Assembly (NCBI RefSeq): GCF_032444005.1
Contig: NC_091286.1
Location: forward strand, 218,302,001 to 218,366,000
Reading direction: 5' to 3'
Length of the DNA: 64,000 nucleotides
Source: Ranitomeya imitator
Taxonomy: Eukaryota
Made by a program: the position numbers and the translations under genes. The notes beneath the pieces are model-generated. The model was not told the DNA's origin, ran no database searches, and saw nothing but the letters and a program-made list of their open reading frames with translations. Below are positions 43,352 to 56,033 of the stretch, in pieces (the first letter of the stretch is position 1; each line of letters begins with the position of its first letter).

Positions 43352-43707
43352 CGCAGGTCCTAAATTCCTAGGAGTTTAGTGAATGAGAATGACGTCGCGG
43401 CTTCTGATTGGTCGCGTGGCGGTCACATGAGCGGCACGCGACCAATCAGAAGCCGCGACGTCATTCGCAGGTCCTAAACGCGCTCATTTTAAACAAAGAA
43501 GCCTGCCGGTTACCAGCGTGATGTCCAGGGGCCGCCGGAGAGGTGAATATATCAATATTATTTATTTTAATTCTTTATTTTACACATCCCTATGGATCCG
43601 ATACCGATACCCGATACCACAAAAGTATCGGATCTCGGTATCGGAATTCTGATACCGCATGTATCGGCCGATACCCGATACTTGCGGTATCGGAATGCTC
43701 AACACTA
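43352..43707. mobile_element. hAT-type MITE, right half, with a 32-bp perfect hairpin
   Basis: gctcaacacta terminus; ccgata/tatcgg repeats; stem 43387-43418 pairs with 43435-43466. Confidence 0.7.
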
Positions 43708-44212
43708 GTCATCAGTAATGTCCATTTCAGGGGCTGGGTTAGTCCCAGCTCTGCTGATGATGCATCGGTTGGTTTTTCCAACGTATGCTCAGTAGATTCT
43801 TGTCACTTTGTAATATACACAGTGTCAGTGTGATCGCCAGCTCTGATCAGAAGTAATGAGCCAGCAAGAGAGCGTGTTGTCAATGCACATTGTAAGAAAA
43901 TTACCCAGTGTGCAAGAAAAGCATAGACTAGCGCTGCCCCCGCAAGTAATTCTTTTGAGTGATTTCTGAATGCTTTTTGGAGTGGATCTGCTTCAAACCA
44001 TGATAAAAATGTTGTGTGAATATACCCTAAACCTTTTCAGTGACTTCTATTGCGAAGTATTGAATGTCTTCTTAGCATTAGATTGTACATGTTACAGTAT
44101 GCTCACACAACATTTTTTTTTTCAGATAGTTTTGAAGTAGGTCCACTCCAAAAACCACTTGAAGAAGCGCTTAGAAACTGATCTAAAGGACCTTCCAATT
44201 AACTTATCTTTA

Positions 44213-44219
44213 ATATATA

Positions 44220-44259
<40 letters not shown>
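44213..44259. repeat. (TA)n microsatellite at the Tc1 target site
   Basis: Direct inspection. Confidence 0.95.
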
Positions 44260-44262
<3 letters not shown>

Positions 44263-45849
44263 GGGAAAACGTATTTAGTAAGTGACTAACTGTGCAAGTT
44301 CTCCCACTTAAAAAGATAAAAAGATGACAGAGGTCTGTCATTGACATCATAGGTAGACCACAACAATGAGAGTCAAAATGAGAAAACAAATCGAGAAAAT
44401 CACCTTGTCTAATTTGGCAAGATTTATTTTGAAAATTATGATGGAGAATAAGTATTTGGTCATTTACAGAAATTCATCTCAATATTTTGTTATATATCCT
44501 TTGTTGGCAATGACAGTGATCAAACGTTTTCCGTAAGTCTTCACAAGGTTGGCACACACTGTTGGTGCTATGTTGCCTCATTCCTCCATTCAGATCTCCT
44601 CTAGAGCAGTGATGTTTTAGGCCTGTTTCTGGGCAACACGGACTTTCAACTTCCTCTAAAGGTTTTTTATGGGGTTTAGATCAGCAGACTGGCTAGGCCA
44701 CTCCAGGACCTTCATATGCTTCTTATGAAGCCACTCCTTCATTGCCCTGGTGGTGTGCTTGGGATCATTATCATGCTGAAAGACCTATCCACATTTCATC
44801 TTCAATGCCCTTGCTGATAGAAGGAGGTTTGCACTCAAAATCTCACGATGCATGGCCCCATTCATTCTTTCATGTACATGGATCAGTCATCCTTGTCTCT
44901 TTGCAGAGAAACAGCCCCAAAGCATGATGTTGCCACCCCCATGCTTCACAGTAGGAATGTAGTTCTTTGAATGCAACTTAGCATTCTGTCTCCTCCAAAG
45001 ATGACAAGTTTTGTTTCTACCAAACAGTTCTTCTTTGGTTTCATCAAACCATATGACATTCTCTCAATACTGTTCTGGATAATCCAAGTGCTCTCTAGCA
45101 AACTTCAAATGGGCCCAGACATGTACTGGCTTAAGTAGGGGAACACGTCTGGCAATGCAGGATCTGAGTCCCTGGCGGCGTATGGTAGCCTTTGCTACGG
45201 TGGTCCTCGCTCTATGCAGGTCCTTCACTAGGTCCTCCCTTGTGGTTCTAGGAGTTTTGCTCACCATTATTGTGATCTTTTTGACCCCACGAGGTGAGAT
45301 CTTGAGTGGAGCCCCAGATCGATGGAGATTATCAGTAGTCATGTATGTCTTCCATTTTCTCATTATTGCTCCCACAGTTGATTTCATCACACCAAGCTGC
45401 TTGCCTATTGCAGATTCAGTCTTCCCAGCCTGGTGCAGGGCTACAATTTTGTTTCTGGTATCCTTCAACAGCTCTTTGGTCTTCACCACAGTGGAGTTTG
45501 GAATGTGACTGTTTAAAGTTGTGGACAGGTGTCTTTTATACTGATAACAAGTTCAATCAGGTGCCATTACTACAGGTAATGAGTAGAGGACAGAGGAGCC
45601 TCGTAAAGAAGTTACAGGTCTGTGAGTGCCAGAAAGCTTGCATGTTTTAAGTTGACCAAATACTTATTTTCCACCATATTTTGCAAAATATATGTTGCCA
45701 AATCAAACAAGGTGACTTTCTGGATTTGTTTTCTCATTTTGACTCTCATAGTTGTGGTCTACCTATGATGTAAACTACAGGCCTCTCTCATCTTTTTAAG
45801 TGGGAGAACTTGCACAATTGGTGGCCGACTAAATACTTTTCCCCCACTG
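44259..45849 (-). mobile_element. Tc1-like DNA transposon, full-length but decayed
   Basis: TIRs gtggggaaaac.gtatttagt / actaaatacttttcccccactg followed by TA; transposase MVKTKEL..TRNKIVALH...WFDETK with stops. Confidence 0.92.
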
Positions 45850-45932
45850 TATATATATTTCCTGTTCACTTGTTCAGGCTTTTGAGTGTCAGGTTCCCAA
45901 CAATGCCAAGCAGTTAAAAGAAGTGTTAGGAC

Positions 45933-46957
45933 TGGTGATGAATGAACGTGCTCAGATAACATCTTATCCAAGCACGCTCAGGTTTTATCGAAGCATCTCA
46001 GCATGCTTTTATATTATGTTCGAGTCTGAACAAGTGTGGGTGAAGCGATGGCCGGGGGACCACCACGGTGCAGGAAGACTGCTACACACAAGATGAGGTG
46101 CAAACAACAAAGGGTAGATTTATTGGAAGGCAAGGAATGAATTGGATGAGGAAGATGCAAACAGGGGTATACAATGGCAACAGACAATTTACAAGAGTAA
46201 TAAACTTTATCTTTTCCGTAAAATAGCACGGTGCTACAACTATTACAGACTCAAAATATGTCTAACAAGCAAATGTAAACAACAAACAAGTGATGATGCT
46301 ACTCTACGTATAACCTCCCTGGCCTTTACTAAGCAGGCCACACGGCTCCTGTGTACTGACTATTGAAGCCTACACTAGGCCCTAACAAGTGCACCAAACA
46401 GGAAGAGACGCACGGTGATGTTGGGGAATCAGATCCAGTCCCAGGGGGGCCCCCAGCAGTCTAATACGGTGGTGCGCACAGCTTTCTGTCAGCTCTGTGA
46501 AACGTGGTCTTCTCCTTGCTTCTGGATCCTAGGGATGCTCCTGGAAACTGTAAATCCCTTTCTCTGTATCTTCGTGGCTCTCTTGCAGCTATATAAGGAC
46601 ACAGTTCTTCTCTCTTTCAGCTGTCAGCACAAAAAGTCCTCTCTGCAGCAGCCTCAGCTCACACACGCTGCTCCAGCTCCACACCTGCACTCTGCACACA
46701 CTAGTTCATTCCAACGATTATTGCAGGGGAGGAGTAGAAAATTCCATCACGCAAGCGTGACAGCGTGTTCCTTACGGTCCATAACAGCACCACCCTCTTA
46801 CATGGGGATTCCCTAAAAACAGGCAACAGGTTGTCTAACAGCCACAAATCATGCAGCTGCAGAGACTCAAACATAATATACGAGTACGCCCAGATTCTCA
46901 GATAACACCCAAGCATGCTCGGATAAGATGTTAGCCGAGCACATTCGCTCATCACTA
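45933..46957. mobile_element. hAT-type MITE (TAGTGATGAGCG-like TIR), interrupted by a solo LTR
   Basis: tggtgatgaatgaac / rc tagtgatgagcgaat; 8-bp TSD gttaggac / gttaagac (7/8). Confidence 0.85.
46041..46802 (-). mobile_element. Solo LTR (762 bp), 4-bp TSD TGGG
   Basis: TG...CA termini; TGGG at 46037-46040 and 46803-46806; AATAAA on minus near 46120. Confidence 0.85.
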
Positions 46958-47684
46958 GTTAAGACCATTATTCAAACATTTTGGGCCTCAAAGACACTAC
47001 ATGCTTTACAATAGAAGTAAATGCGAAGGGATAAAATATTGGGGTACTGGGATAATGGGCCTCTTTTGGAGTGACTTGTGCACATTTCCTTAAAAAAGGC
47101 ATGTTTTACTTCAAAAAAACATCTGCAAAACCACAAAAGCTCAAAAAATGGCAACAAGAAATCCTAAAAAACCATCTGCAAAAAATATGCAAATGAACAC
47201 TACTGAAAAAAAAAATCAGTGAAAATGCCAGAATTTCCACTTAAAAATAGTTTTTGATTGCCTGAAAAAAACATTGTGTTAACATACTATTGCCTCATTG
47301 GAAAGCCTGAAGTATTTAAAAGTAGCTTGAAAGCCTAAATACTGTATATGAGCAGCTAGTATTTTTGAACGTTTAGCATAAGGCTGTGCAGATGTTCCAT
47401 CTTATGTTACGTGATTTAACTACTTCAGCATTTGAAACCTTGAAGTGCTTAAAAGAAGTGACATGCTCATTCTTCATGACATGCTCTGTATTCTATAAAG
47501 CAAGAAACTAAAGACACAGGCACAGGTAGAACGAAGGTAAAACCATTGGCAAAACTGCTTCAGGAAATCGACTGCCGTCATTTGCTTGTACTACCTGGAA
47601 AAACTCGACAGGTGCACTGGCGTCATAAGGTAGGTGCACATGATCAGTAGACACTGCGGGTTGGATGCTGCGTAGTTGCGCAGT

Positions 47685-50044
47685 TGGAGCACCCCCAAGG
47701 GCCGTGGGGTACTCGAGCCAGATCGTAACATTCTTAAAGGGGATGTGGTCACAGCAGCAGTGACCCGGTCCATGGCCCTTAGTGTCCAATTAAAGGTGAA
47801 ATAAAGGGGAAATAAAGTTTATGTGGAATTCTTTGTGATGCCACCTGTGGTACTTGGCAGTAAAGATTTTAGCCAACACTGCTTCAGAGTCCACTGGGGC
47901 TGGTGGTGATGCAGCAGAGTTGGTACAGCTCTCCACAGGTAGAGCTAACCCCAGGGCAACTGTATGTGTAAGTGATGAGATGATGGTGGCTGTCGTAGAC
48001 CGGGCAGGTGTTGTAGGAAGGACACAAGGACACAGCAAGGTGTCGTTTCCAATGCTTTACTCACAGTTCTCCAGTCCACAAATGCAAGCCTGATGCTGTG
48101 TTTGCAGGTTAGTGGTCCAGCAAACTCCCCGGCAAATTGGAATGCACCTTTCCAGGACTCGTTTCGTATGCCTTTTGCTGGCTGTCTCACTACACTGGCT
48201 TTCCTCTTCTCCTGCCCAGTGTCTTACCCACAGTGTCCAAAGCCAGCAGCCTCGAATCTGGTTGGGTGACGTTCTCTGCGTCCCCTGGATTCTATGCGGC
48301 TGCCTTTTTAGCGAAGTATGGGTGGATGTGGCTGTGCTTCTTGCAAAAGCGACAGCCTCCGGTTTCTTAGCTGAACTTGTAGTATTCCACTTAGTTGGTG
48401 CCAGTCCCCTTGGCTGCCATCTAGTCTCTTCACATCTGGATACGGGCCCCACGGGTGGCTTCTGCACTACCCGTGCCTCTAGGACCCCTTCTGTCCTTCT
48501 GGGAGCTTCTTTCTGTCTCTTCCTCTCAATTCTCTGTTCTGTCTGTCAGAAGCTGCAGACCTGCATGTCTGTTCAGCTCCATTTCTCTCACAATGTCTCT
48601 CTAACCCGCTCTGACATGGAGCTCCTTCTTAGCACATCTTTCTGCTTCCCCGTCCTCACAATCTGACTAATTTTCCCTCCTAATTAGATCCTCCCATACT
48701 CTACCTACCCCACCCACTCCTCCAACACCCTTTCCTACCCAGCTTGGGATGAGGCCTTCCTCCCTAAGGGTACGCCCAGGTGCTCCGACTGAACTGATGT
48801 GTGTTGGATGTGAGTGTCAGAGTCCTGGGTAGTGCTCCCTCCTTACTTGAGAGTAGGATACTGTAACACCCCAGGAAGCCGGTTGTTACAGTGGTATTGC
48901 CATGCCTTGAAACGAGGAAGATCCCTTTAACAGGTAACATGCCCATACAACACTGTTCTGCCTCCAGGCCAGAAAGGGGAGCTCTAGACCCGGATTCAGG
49001 GTAACTTCTCTATATATTCTTGATGGAAGAGGAGTTAGAGGCAGTCTGTCAGAGACAGGGACAGAGATAGTCTGTCTGAGAGGAGCGAGAAGTGAGGCTG
49101 GGGCCGTGCAGACACTTTGTTCTGCAGCTTCTGGGAAGGAAAGAGAAAAACAGAGCAGTCTGTAGGAAAGTGTGAAGGAGGAAGGAGCACAAGAAAAGTG
49201 AAGAGCTGGAGGGGAGCTGCGACTGAGCTCCCTCAATGCTGAAGCGCAAGCATACCGGAGGCTGTAAGTCCGCGATTGTGGGGGTAACTGTATGCCCCAC
49301 AGCAGAGACCGGTGGGCAGGAGATTTCAAGTCGTCTGTCCACCATTAACACCCGAAGAAATAGCAGCATATAGAGCCCAGAGTCGCAACCAGAGACACCT
49401 GTAAAAAAGTTTGAGTTGCCTGCCATGCGGGTAGTGTCCCACTTAAAGGGACAGAGAGAGAGTGAGGACCTTGTGTGAAGCCTTATGCATCAAGGGACTA
49501 CAACACAGCACAGTAAGGAAGGCTTCCAACCCCACCTAGCTAGGGGGATTCCAAATCACTTCCAAGCTGGCAGGACCTCACATTCACCTGTTACCGGTAC
49601 CCTGGACTGCGGCTGCATACTACCAGTAAAAGGAAAAGGGACTGCAACCTTCTGTTCTCCAATTCTTTCCGGCACTACGCAGCCTGTCATCTTTACCAAC
49701 TACACCGGGAGCCCTGGGGACTAAGCTTCACCTGTGGGAAGCCATACCATCCCTGCTACAGTACCATCATCCCCAGTGGACTCCTTTAAGCAGCGTCGGT
49801 CATCCCTGACCGAATACCACATGTGGTGTCATGAACAAACTTTATTCTTTATTCACAACAACCCCTTTAAAGACTTTCCATTTAACTTGGATGCCCAGGG
49901 GCCAGGTCGCTGCGACCGTGACCACCCCTTTAGCGACCACCAGACTTGGTACCGAGTACTCCAGGATCCTAGCGGGCACTCCAATACCACACCTCTGGAT
50001 GAGGTGCAGTACCTCTCTGGTGACTGGACCCCAAGGGCGCCACA
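47685..50044 (-). mobile_element. Outer solo LTR (reverse), 4-bp TSD CAGT, split by the inner LTR
   Basis: tggagcacccc...gggcgccaca termini; CAGT at 47681-47684 and 50045-50048; 49988-50044 is its 5' end; homologous to 36610-37706. Confidence 0.88.
48862..49983 (+). mobile_element. Inner solo LTR of the same family, 4-bp TSD ATAC
   Basis: tgtaacacccc...gggcactcca termini; ATAC at 48858-48861 and 49984-49987. Confidence 0.9.
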
Positions 50045-51943
50045 CAGTTGTGCAACGCCCAGATGTTACAGCCTAGTGGATGGGATTTCAAGAAAACCCA
50101 TGGCCATTATGTGGACAAAAGCCCGCAGTTCACCTGCGGAGATGGACAAGCAGCATGTATGCTTATCATGCAGAGACGTGAGTCTCTGCAAGATAAATTT
50201 CACCCATACAAAGTATTGGATGCGGTGATTCCAAACAGTTCAATTAACACATGCAGAGTCATCTGCGTTCAATAGCCGGTAGCACTTTGGACCCAGCAGA
50301 AATGTGCTGCGTCGAAAGCACTGCCAATTACTGACCGTGTCTGCACATACCTTAAAACACTGTCTTTTTCAAGCAGATTCCTCCTGAAAGCACCAACAAA
50401 GCACTTGATAAAATTAGCATACTTTACTGTGCACATGTTCAGTCTCTTTCTTCAATGACTTCCACTGTGATGTCACCCTCTATCCATACTTAACAGTATA
50501 AACCTACCGCAAGAATGACAACGAATCCACCCAAGAGCCAGTCTCAGGGTAACACCCTGAAGCGGCTCCATTTGGGAAAACTTCTCAGCTGCACCAGCAT
50601 CTAAAAGACCCCATGTGAACATAGGCTAAGGAAATTGTTTCCTGCAACTTTTTTTTCCAATGGAAATGCTCTTGGGGAGCATTTTTATTGGATTATTGTG
50701 ATATTTTTTGAGTTCCATAAAGAAAATGCTAAACTTTATTAACCTGGAAACACTGTCAAAACATCCCAAAATATGCCTGGTCATCCTCTGGACATCTTTG
50801 TAGCCTTCCCATTGTATTTTACTGTAAGTTGTGCGTTTTGCTGGTGGTAAACGCCTGGAGAATGTACATGTTACTTCTTTAAAATGTTTGGTGTCTTTTG
50901 AAAACCTGAGTGTTTCAAAGTAGCTCAAAAGACTGAACATATTGCACAATATGAAGTGACAAAAAAAAAGAAAAAGGCTTCAGGGGAACAAACTACCAAG
51001 AAAACACTAAAGAAACGGAATGATCCTTGCAGCATCTTCCACTTGCAAAATAGTTATCTACGATGTTAAAAATATAAAATGAAGCTATATGTCTTCAATA
51101 TCGCTGATTTAAGTTATATTTATCTCATGGGGTTACCTCTAGCTTTGATCTGTTGCTTTAATGATGTGTTTATGACTTTCATAACTGGGCCAACAGGGTC
51201 TGATACTCAAACATGCACTATTTTCCAATAGCTTTTGCTAATCACTGTGTTTCTAACTTCTCTCTTCTAAATTAGATGTCCCAAGAGATAAGCCATGTGT
51301 GTAGCTGCAGTATTTAGGGATCTAGAAAAGAATTGGATGCTGCAACATAGTCCACTACTTAGCATGGTAGGGAGATCGTTAAGATAGATCATATAAAATG
51401 TTTTCCAGTTCATATTATTTGAAAATATTGCTAAAAAAGTGTCTCAGGAGAAATGTTACCAAGCTTAGATAAAAGCAGGATACAGAATCCAAATTATTTT
51501 CTGAATCCAGAATTAAACTTTAAAGTTGTGGCTGGACAGATGCTTTTGGAGGTTTTATAGTCATTATCTTTGCTGCCTTAGAGATGTCCAGTTGTACCTG
51601 GGTTTGCTTATTCTTAGCTTTTTGGGGCCGTTTCCACTGGAGTTAACTCAAGTGGTACTCAAGTTTTTTACGATTCATAGCTGAAGGTTTTGCTGCCTTG
51701 TAACACACTATTTTCCGTGTACCTTTCCCTGCCCATTGCTGAGTCAAGCACTGCATTAGACAATCTGAGTCAAAGGAAGGGTCAACTCTATCCAATCTAT
51801 CAGTGTAGTCCAGTATCAACAATGAGGAAAGAGTAGAGTAAAGCAAATGCCTTCTAGTGTCACCGATAATGGTGTTTAGGGTGCCCCACTATATCAGTAT
51901 TGGTACACAGGAAGGAGGTTGACTTCATTTTGCTATTCTAATG

Positions 51944-52990
51944 ATCCTTCCCAGCCCTTATTATCACAAATGTCATTACACTTATGGTAAGGTTTTAATA
52001 CTAGAGATTAGGACCATCCTGAATAGGATTACCGTGATGTGGTGGGATGGCTTTTGAAGGGTTTTTTTTTAATCAAAAATAAGTTAACCAAGTAACCTAT
52101 ATTATTTTAACGCTTTGTTGCTTTTTATTTATTTGTTTATTTATTTAGTGGCAGGGTATTTGCTCATTTTGTTTTTCTCATTGGTTTTGTCTGTTTAGTT
52201 GCCAGTGTGAACATGCACTTAGGCTACGTTCACACTAGCGTTCTGCTAGTGTGCGTCGCCTTAGCGTCGGGCGACGCAGCAGCGACGCACGCGTCATGCG
52301 CCCCTATGTTTAACATGGGGGGCGCATGCGTTTTTGTGTGTTGCGTTTTGCAACACTTGCGTCTTTTTTGCCGCTAGCGTCGGACCAAGAAAACGCAGCA
52401 AGTTGCATTTTTCTTGCGTCCAATTTTCGGCAAAAAACGACGCACGCGTCGCAAAACGCAGCGTTTTTGCCGCGTTTTTGTGTGCGTCGTGCGTTGCGTC
52501 TCCGACGCAGCAGCGCGCAACGCTAGTCTGAACGTAGCCTTACATACTGCAACTTATATTCCGGTTCATTGCTTTTGTTTTTTGTTTTAGTCTCTGCACC
52601 CTGTGCAGATAGGGGTCGTGACATTCCTTTTCTTTGAGCTGGATATTATGTTTAAAAAGCTTCCCACTGATGGGTGTCCGTTAGTCGAGGCCTCGATCCT
52701 TCTCAGCCCTTATTCTCACAAATGTCATTAGACACATGGTAAGGTGTTAATACTAGAGATTAGGACCGTCCCGAATAGGGTCACCGTGACGTGGTGGGAT
52801 GGCTTTTATGTTTTTTGATCAATGAAATATGTTAACCAAGTTCCCTATATTATTTTCATGCACTGTTGCTTTTTATGTATTTACTGCAGGGTTTTTACTC
52901 ATTTTGTTTTTCTCTTGGGTTTTGTCTGTTTAGTGACTAGTGTGAACATGCACACCAATTTATTATATCCTGTTCATTGCTTTTGTTTTC
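51944..52990 (+). repeat. Diverged ~300-bp direct repeat pair (51944-52580 minus the MITE; 52696-52990)
   Basis: Shared atccttc.cagcccttatt.tcacaaatgtcatta...tactagagattaggacc...gtggtgggatggctttt...agtgtgaacatgcac. Confidence 0.8.
52222..52539. mobile_element. Harbinger/Tourist-like MITE (318 bp), TTA TSD
   Basis: tta|ggctacgttcacactagcg ... cgctagtctgaacgtagcc|tta. Confidence 0.92.
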
Positions 52991-53186
52991 TCTAATGAAA
53001 CATAGTCATATTTATCTGACTGACCATAGGCATGTAGCCAATTATGAAAAAAGGAAATCTGTCTTTTGCTATTGAATAAGTTTTGTATTTTGCATGATTG
53101 TTCCATGTTACATTTCTCTTTTGTAAAATGTTCTTGCACAATATTGGTAACTGTGTCTCAGAATTTTCTCTTCTCATTTAGAATTG

Positions 53187-54009
53187 TGTTATGACCTGGT
53201 GGTGAGGACAATACTGGACCTGGTGGTTAAGAGCACACGGAATGACCTGATAATTACTAATAATACAGGACAAGCTCTGAGACGTGGGAACTCTGCTGAC
53301 CGCAATCCCTAATCCTATCACACACACTAGAAATAGCCGTGGATTGCTCCTAACGCTCCCTATGCAACTCGTCACAGCCTAAGGAACTAGCTAGCCCTAG
53401 AGATAGAAAAATAAAGCCTACCTTGCCTCAGAGAAATTCCCCAAAGGAACAGGCAGCCCCCCACATATAATGACTGTGAGTTAAGATGAAAATTACAAAC
53501 ATAGAGATGAAATAGATTTAGCAAAGTGAGGCCCGACTTACTGAACAGACAGAGGATAGGAAAGGTAACTTTGCGGTCAGCACAAAAAACTACAAAAAGA
53601 CCACGCAGAGGGCGCAAAAAGACCCTCCGCACCGACTCACGGTGCGGAGGCGCTCCCTCTGCGTCCCAGAGCTTCCAGCAAGCAAGACAAAAATCAAAAT
53701 AGCAAGCTGGACAGAAAAAATAGCAAACAGAGAAAAACAAGCAGGAACTTAGCTTCTGCTGGGAAGACAGGTCACAAGAACGATCCAGGAGCGAACTAGA
53801 CCAATACTGGAACATTGACAGGTGGCAAGGAGCAATGATCTAGGTGGAGTTAAATAGAGCAGCCAGCTAACGAATTAACCTCGTCACCTGTGGAAGGAAC
53901 CTCAGAAGCCGCAGCCCCACTCACAACCACCAGAGGAAGCCCATGGACAGAACCAGCCAAAGTACCATTCATGGCCACAGGAGGGAGCTTAACAACAGAA
54001 TTCACAACA
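53187..54009 (-). mobile_element. Solo LTR of the chromovirus family (823 bp), 6-bp TSD GAATTG
   Basis: tgttatg...cacaaca; GAATTG at 53181-53186 and 54010-54015. Confidence 0.93.
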
Positions 54010-54159
54010 GAATTGCCACTAGAACGGTGTGCAATGATTTTGTACAAATATTCAACGCCGGGGATTATATATAACCCATCATCTTTAATGTGACTGCAAA
54101 TATAGCAAAATGTTGGTATTTAAAATGTAACCTTTAAGTCTTTTAAAATAATGAAAAAA

Positions 54160-54995
54160 GAAAAGAGTGTGTATATACAAGTGCCCTGAACAAGCTATAG
54201 TGGGATGAGTAGTAGCTTTAAGTCTAGGCTGCTGTTTCCAGCACATAAAAGACAGTGTCCAAAATCTTTATTTGACGCGTAACTTGGATTCCACTTGACA
54301 CAACCCTCTATATTAGCAGCAGTGTTGAATATAGGAGAATCTCTGACCAAATGGGTGAGATCAAGCCTTTTTATACATAGATACCTATCTAATTAAATTG
54401 TTAGTGTATTTATCAATGCATGTGCCTACTTATTGTTGAAAGGGAGTAACATGGTCCTAAAAAACCTCCTGTTTTCTGGTAGTGTATTTATGCTGCATAC
54501 TTAGGTGTTGTTTATTTGTTTGGAGGCACACACAGCCCAGCTACACTTTGTACCTTATATAGAGGATTTAAGGTGTTGTGGTGGATCAATAAAGTGATTA
54601 CAGATGTGAGATATCTCTATGAGGCCTATACTGTGATTGCATTCTGTTTAATACCACCGCTCTCCCTGCATCCTTCTTTTATTTGATATACCAATATAAA
54701 CACCCACTAAGGGCAATACCCTCATATCTCTGAGTTTTGACAGGTCTGATTACTATCAGGGTCTCAGAGGAGTCTGTGGATGGGAAAAAGTGGCTCTCAA
54801 GAAAATGAACTAAACAAGAAGGTAGCTAATAGCACCTCAAAATTAGCTTGAGAACACAGCGGTATTCAAGTAATGTGTCCAATAGAGATTTTGGTTACTG
54901 TCTATAATGTGCTGAAAACAGCAGCCTAGATCTAAAGGTACTACTCACCTCACTATAGTTTGTTCAGGGCACTTGTGTATATGCACTCTTTTCTA
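54160..54995. repeat. Inverted pair of ~130-bp repeats, probably Penelope-like terminal relics
   Basis: 54160-54292 is the reverse complement of ~54864-54995 (~80% by eye); decayed acgcgtc...aataaag motif. Confidence 0.55.
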
Positions 54996-55000
54996 ATTTA

Positions 55001-55500
55001 TAATAATAATAATAATTTTTATTTATATAGCGCCAACATATTCCGCAGCACTTTACAAATTATAGAGGGGACTTGTACAGACAATAGACATTACAGCATA
55101 ACAGAAATCACAGTTCAAAACAGATACCAGGAGGAATGAGGGCCCTGCTCGCAAGCTTACAAACTATGAGGAAAAGGGGAGACACGAGAGGTGGATGGTA
55201 ACAATTGCTTTAGTTATTTGGACCGGCCATAGTGTAAGGCTCGGGTGTTCATGTAAAGCTGCATGAACCAGTTAACTGCCTAAGTATGTAGCAGTACAGA
55301 CACAGAGGGCTATTAACTGCATAAAGTGAATGAGAACATGATGCGAGGAACCTGATTTTTTTTTTTTATATATATATATAAATAGGCCACACAGGGATCG
55401 TTAGGTTAATGCATTGAGGCGGTAGGCCAGTCTGAACAAATGAGTTTTTAGGGTACGCTTAAAACTGTGGGGATTGGGGATTAATCGTATTTACCTAGGT
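55001..55500 (-). mobile_element. L2/CR1-type LINE 3' fragment
   Basis: (TAA)n tail followed by tttatatagcgccaacatattccgcagcactttaca, typical of amphibian L2 3' ends. Confidence 0.7.
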
Positions 55501-55501
55501 A

Positions 55502-55934
55502 GTGACGTCACCGCTGTGCTCTGCTTTACGGCCAGCGCTGACAGTCAGTGCAGGGAAGCTGACGGCGGGGGACGTGACAGACATCGGAATGTGAGTATGT
55601 ACTGTTTTTTTTTTTTTACTTTTACAATGGTAACCAGGGTAAATATCGAGTTACTAAGCGCGGCCCTGCACTTAGTAACCCGATGTTTACCCTGGTTACA
55701 AGTGAACACATCGCTGGATCGGCGTCACACACACCGATCCAGCGATGACAGCGGGTGATCAGCGACCAAAAAAAGGTCCTGATCGTTCCCCAGTGACCAA
55801 CGATCTCCCAGCAGGGGCCTGATCGTTGGTCGCTGTCACACATAACGAGATTGTTAGCGGGATCGTTGCTATGTCATAAAAAGCGTGATGTTGCAACGAT
55901 ATCGTTAATGAAATCATTATGTGTGAAGGTACCT
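55502..55934. mobile_element. Right half of a palindromic MITE (family of 30748-31471)
   Basis: Starts at the central gtgacgtcac; shares the ggtaaccagggtaaa...tttaccctggttac hairpin; ends gtgtgaaggtacct|tta. Confidence 0.85.
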
Positions 55935-56033
55935 TTAGGTTATGCACCCTCTTCACTGCAAGACAAAGTGACAATACTGACAAATACTCACGTTTCATTG
56001 CACTATGGAACTACCTCTATGTGTTGTCAGGAT

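Larger units (their letters stand above)
47629..50351. mobile_element. Harbinger-type MITE hosting nested LTRs
   Basis: taa|ggtaggtgcacatgatcagta ... tactgaccgtgtctgcacatacc|tta. Confidence 0.65.

Noticed and set aside
51643-51846. 67-aa ORF in non-repetitive sequence
   Set aside because: No recognisable motif or convincing splice pair; length is within chance expectation.
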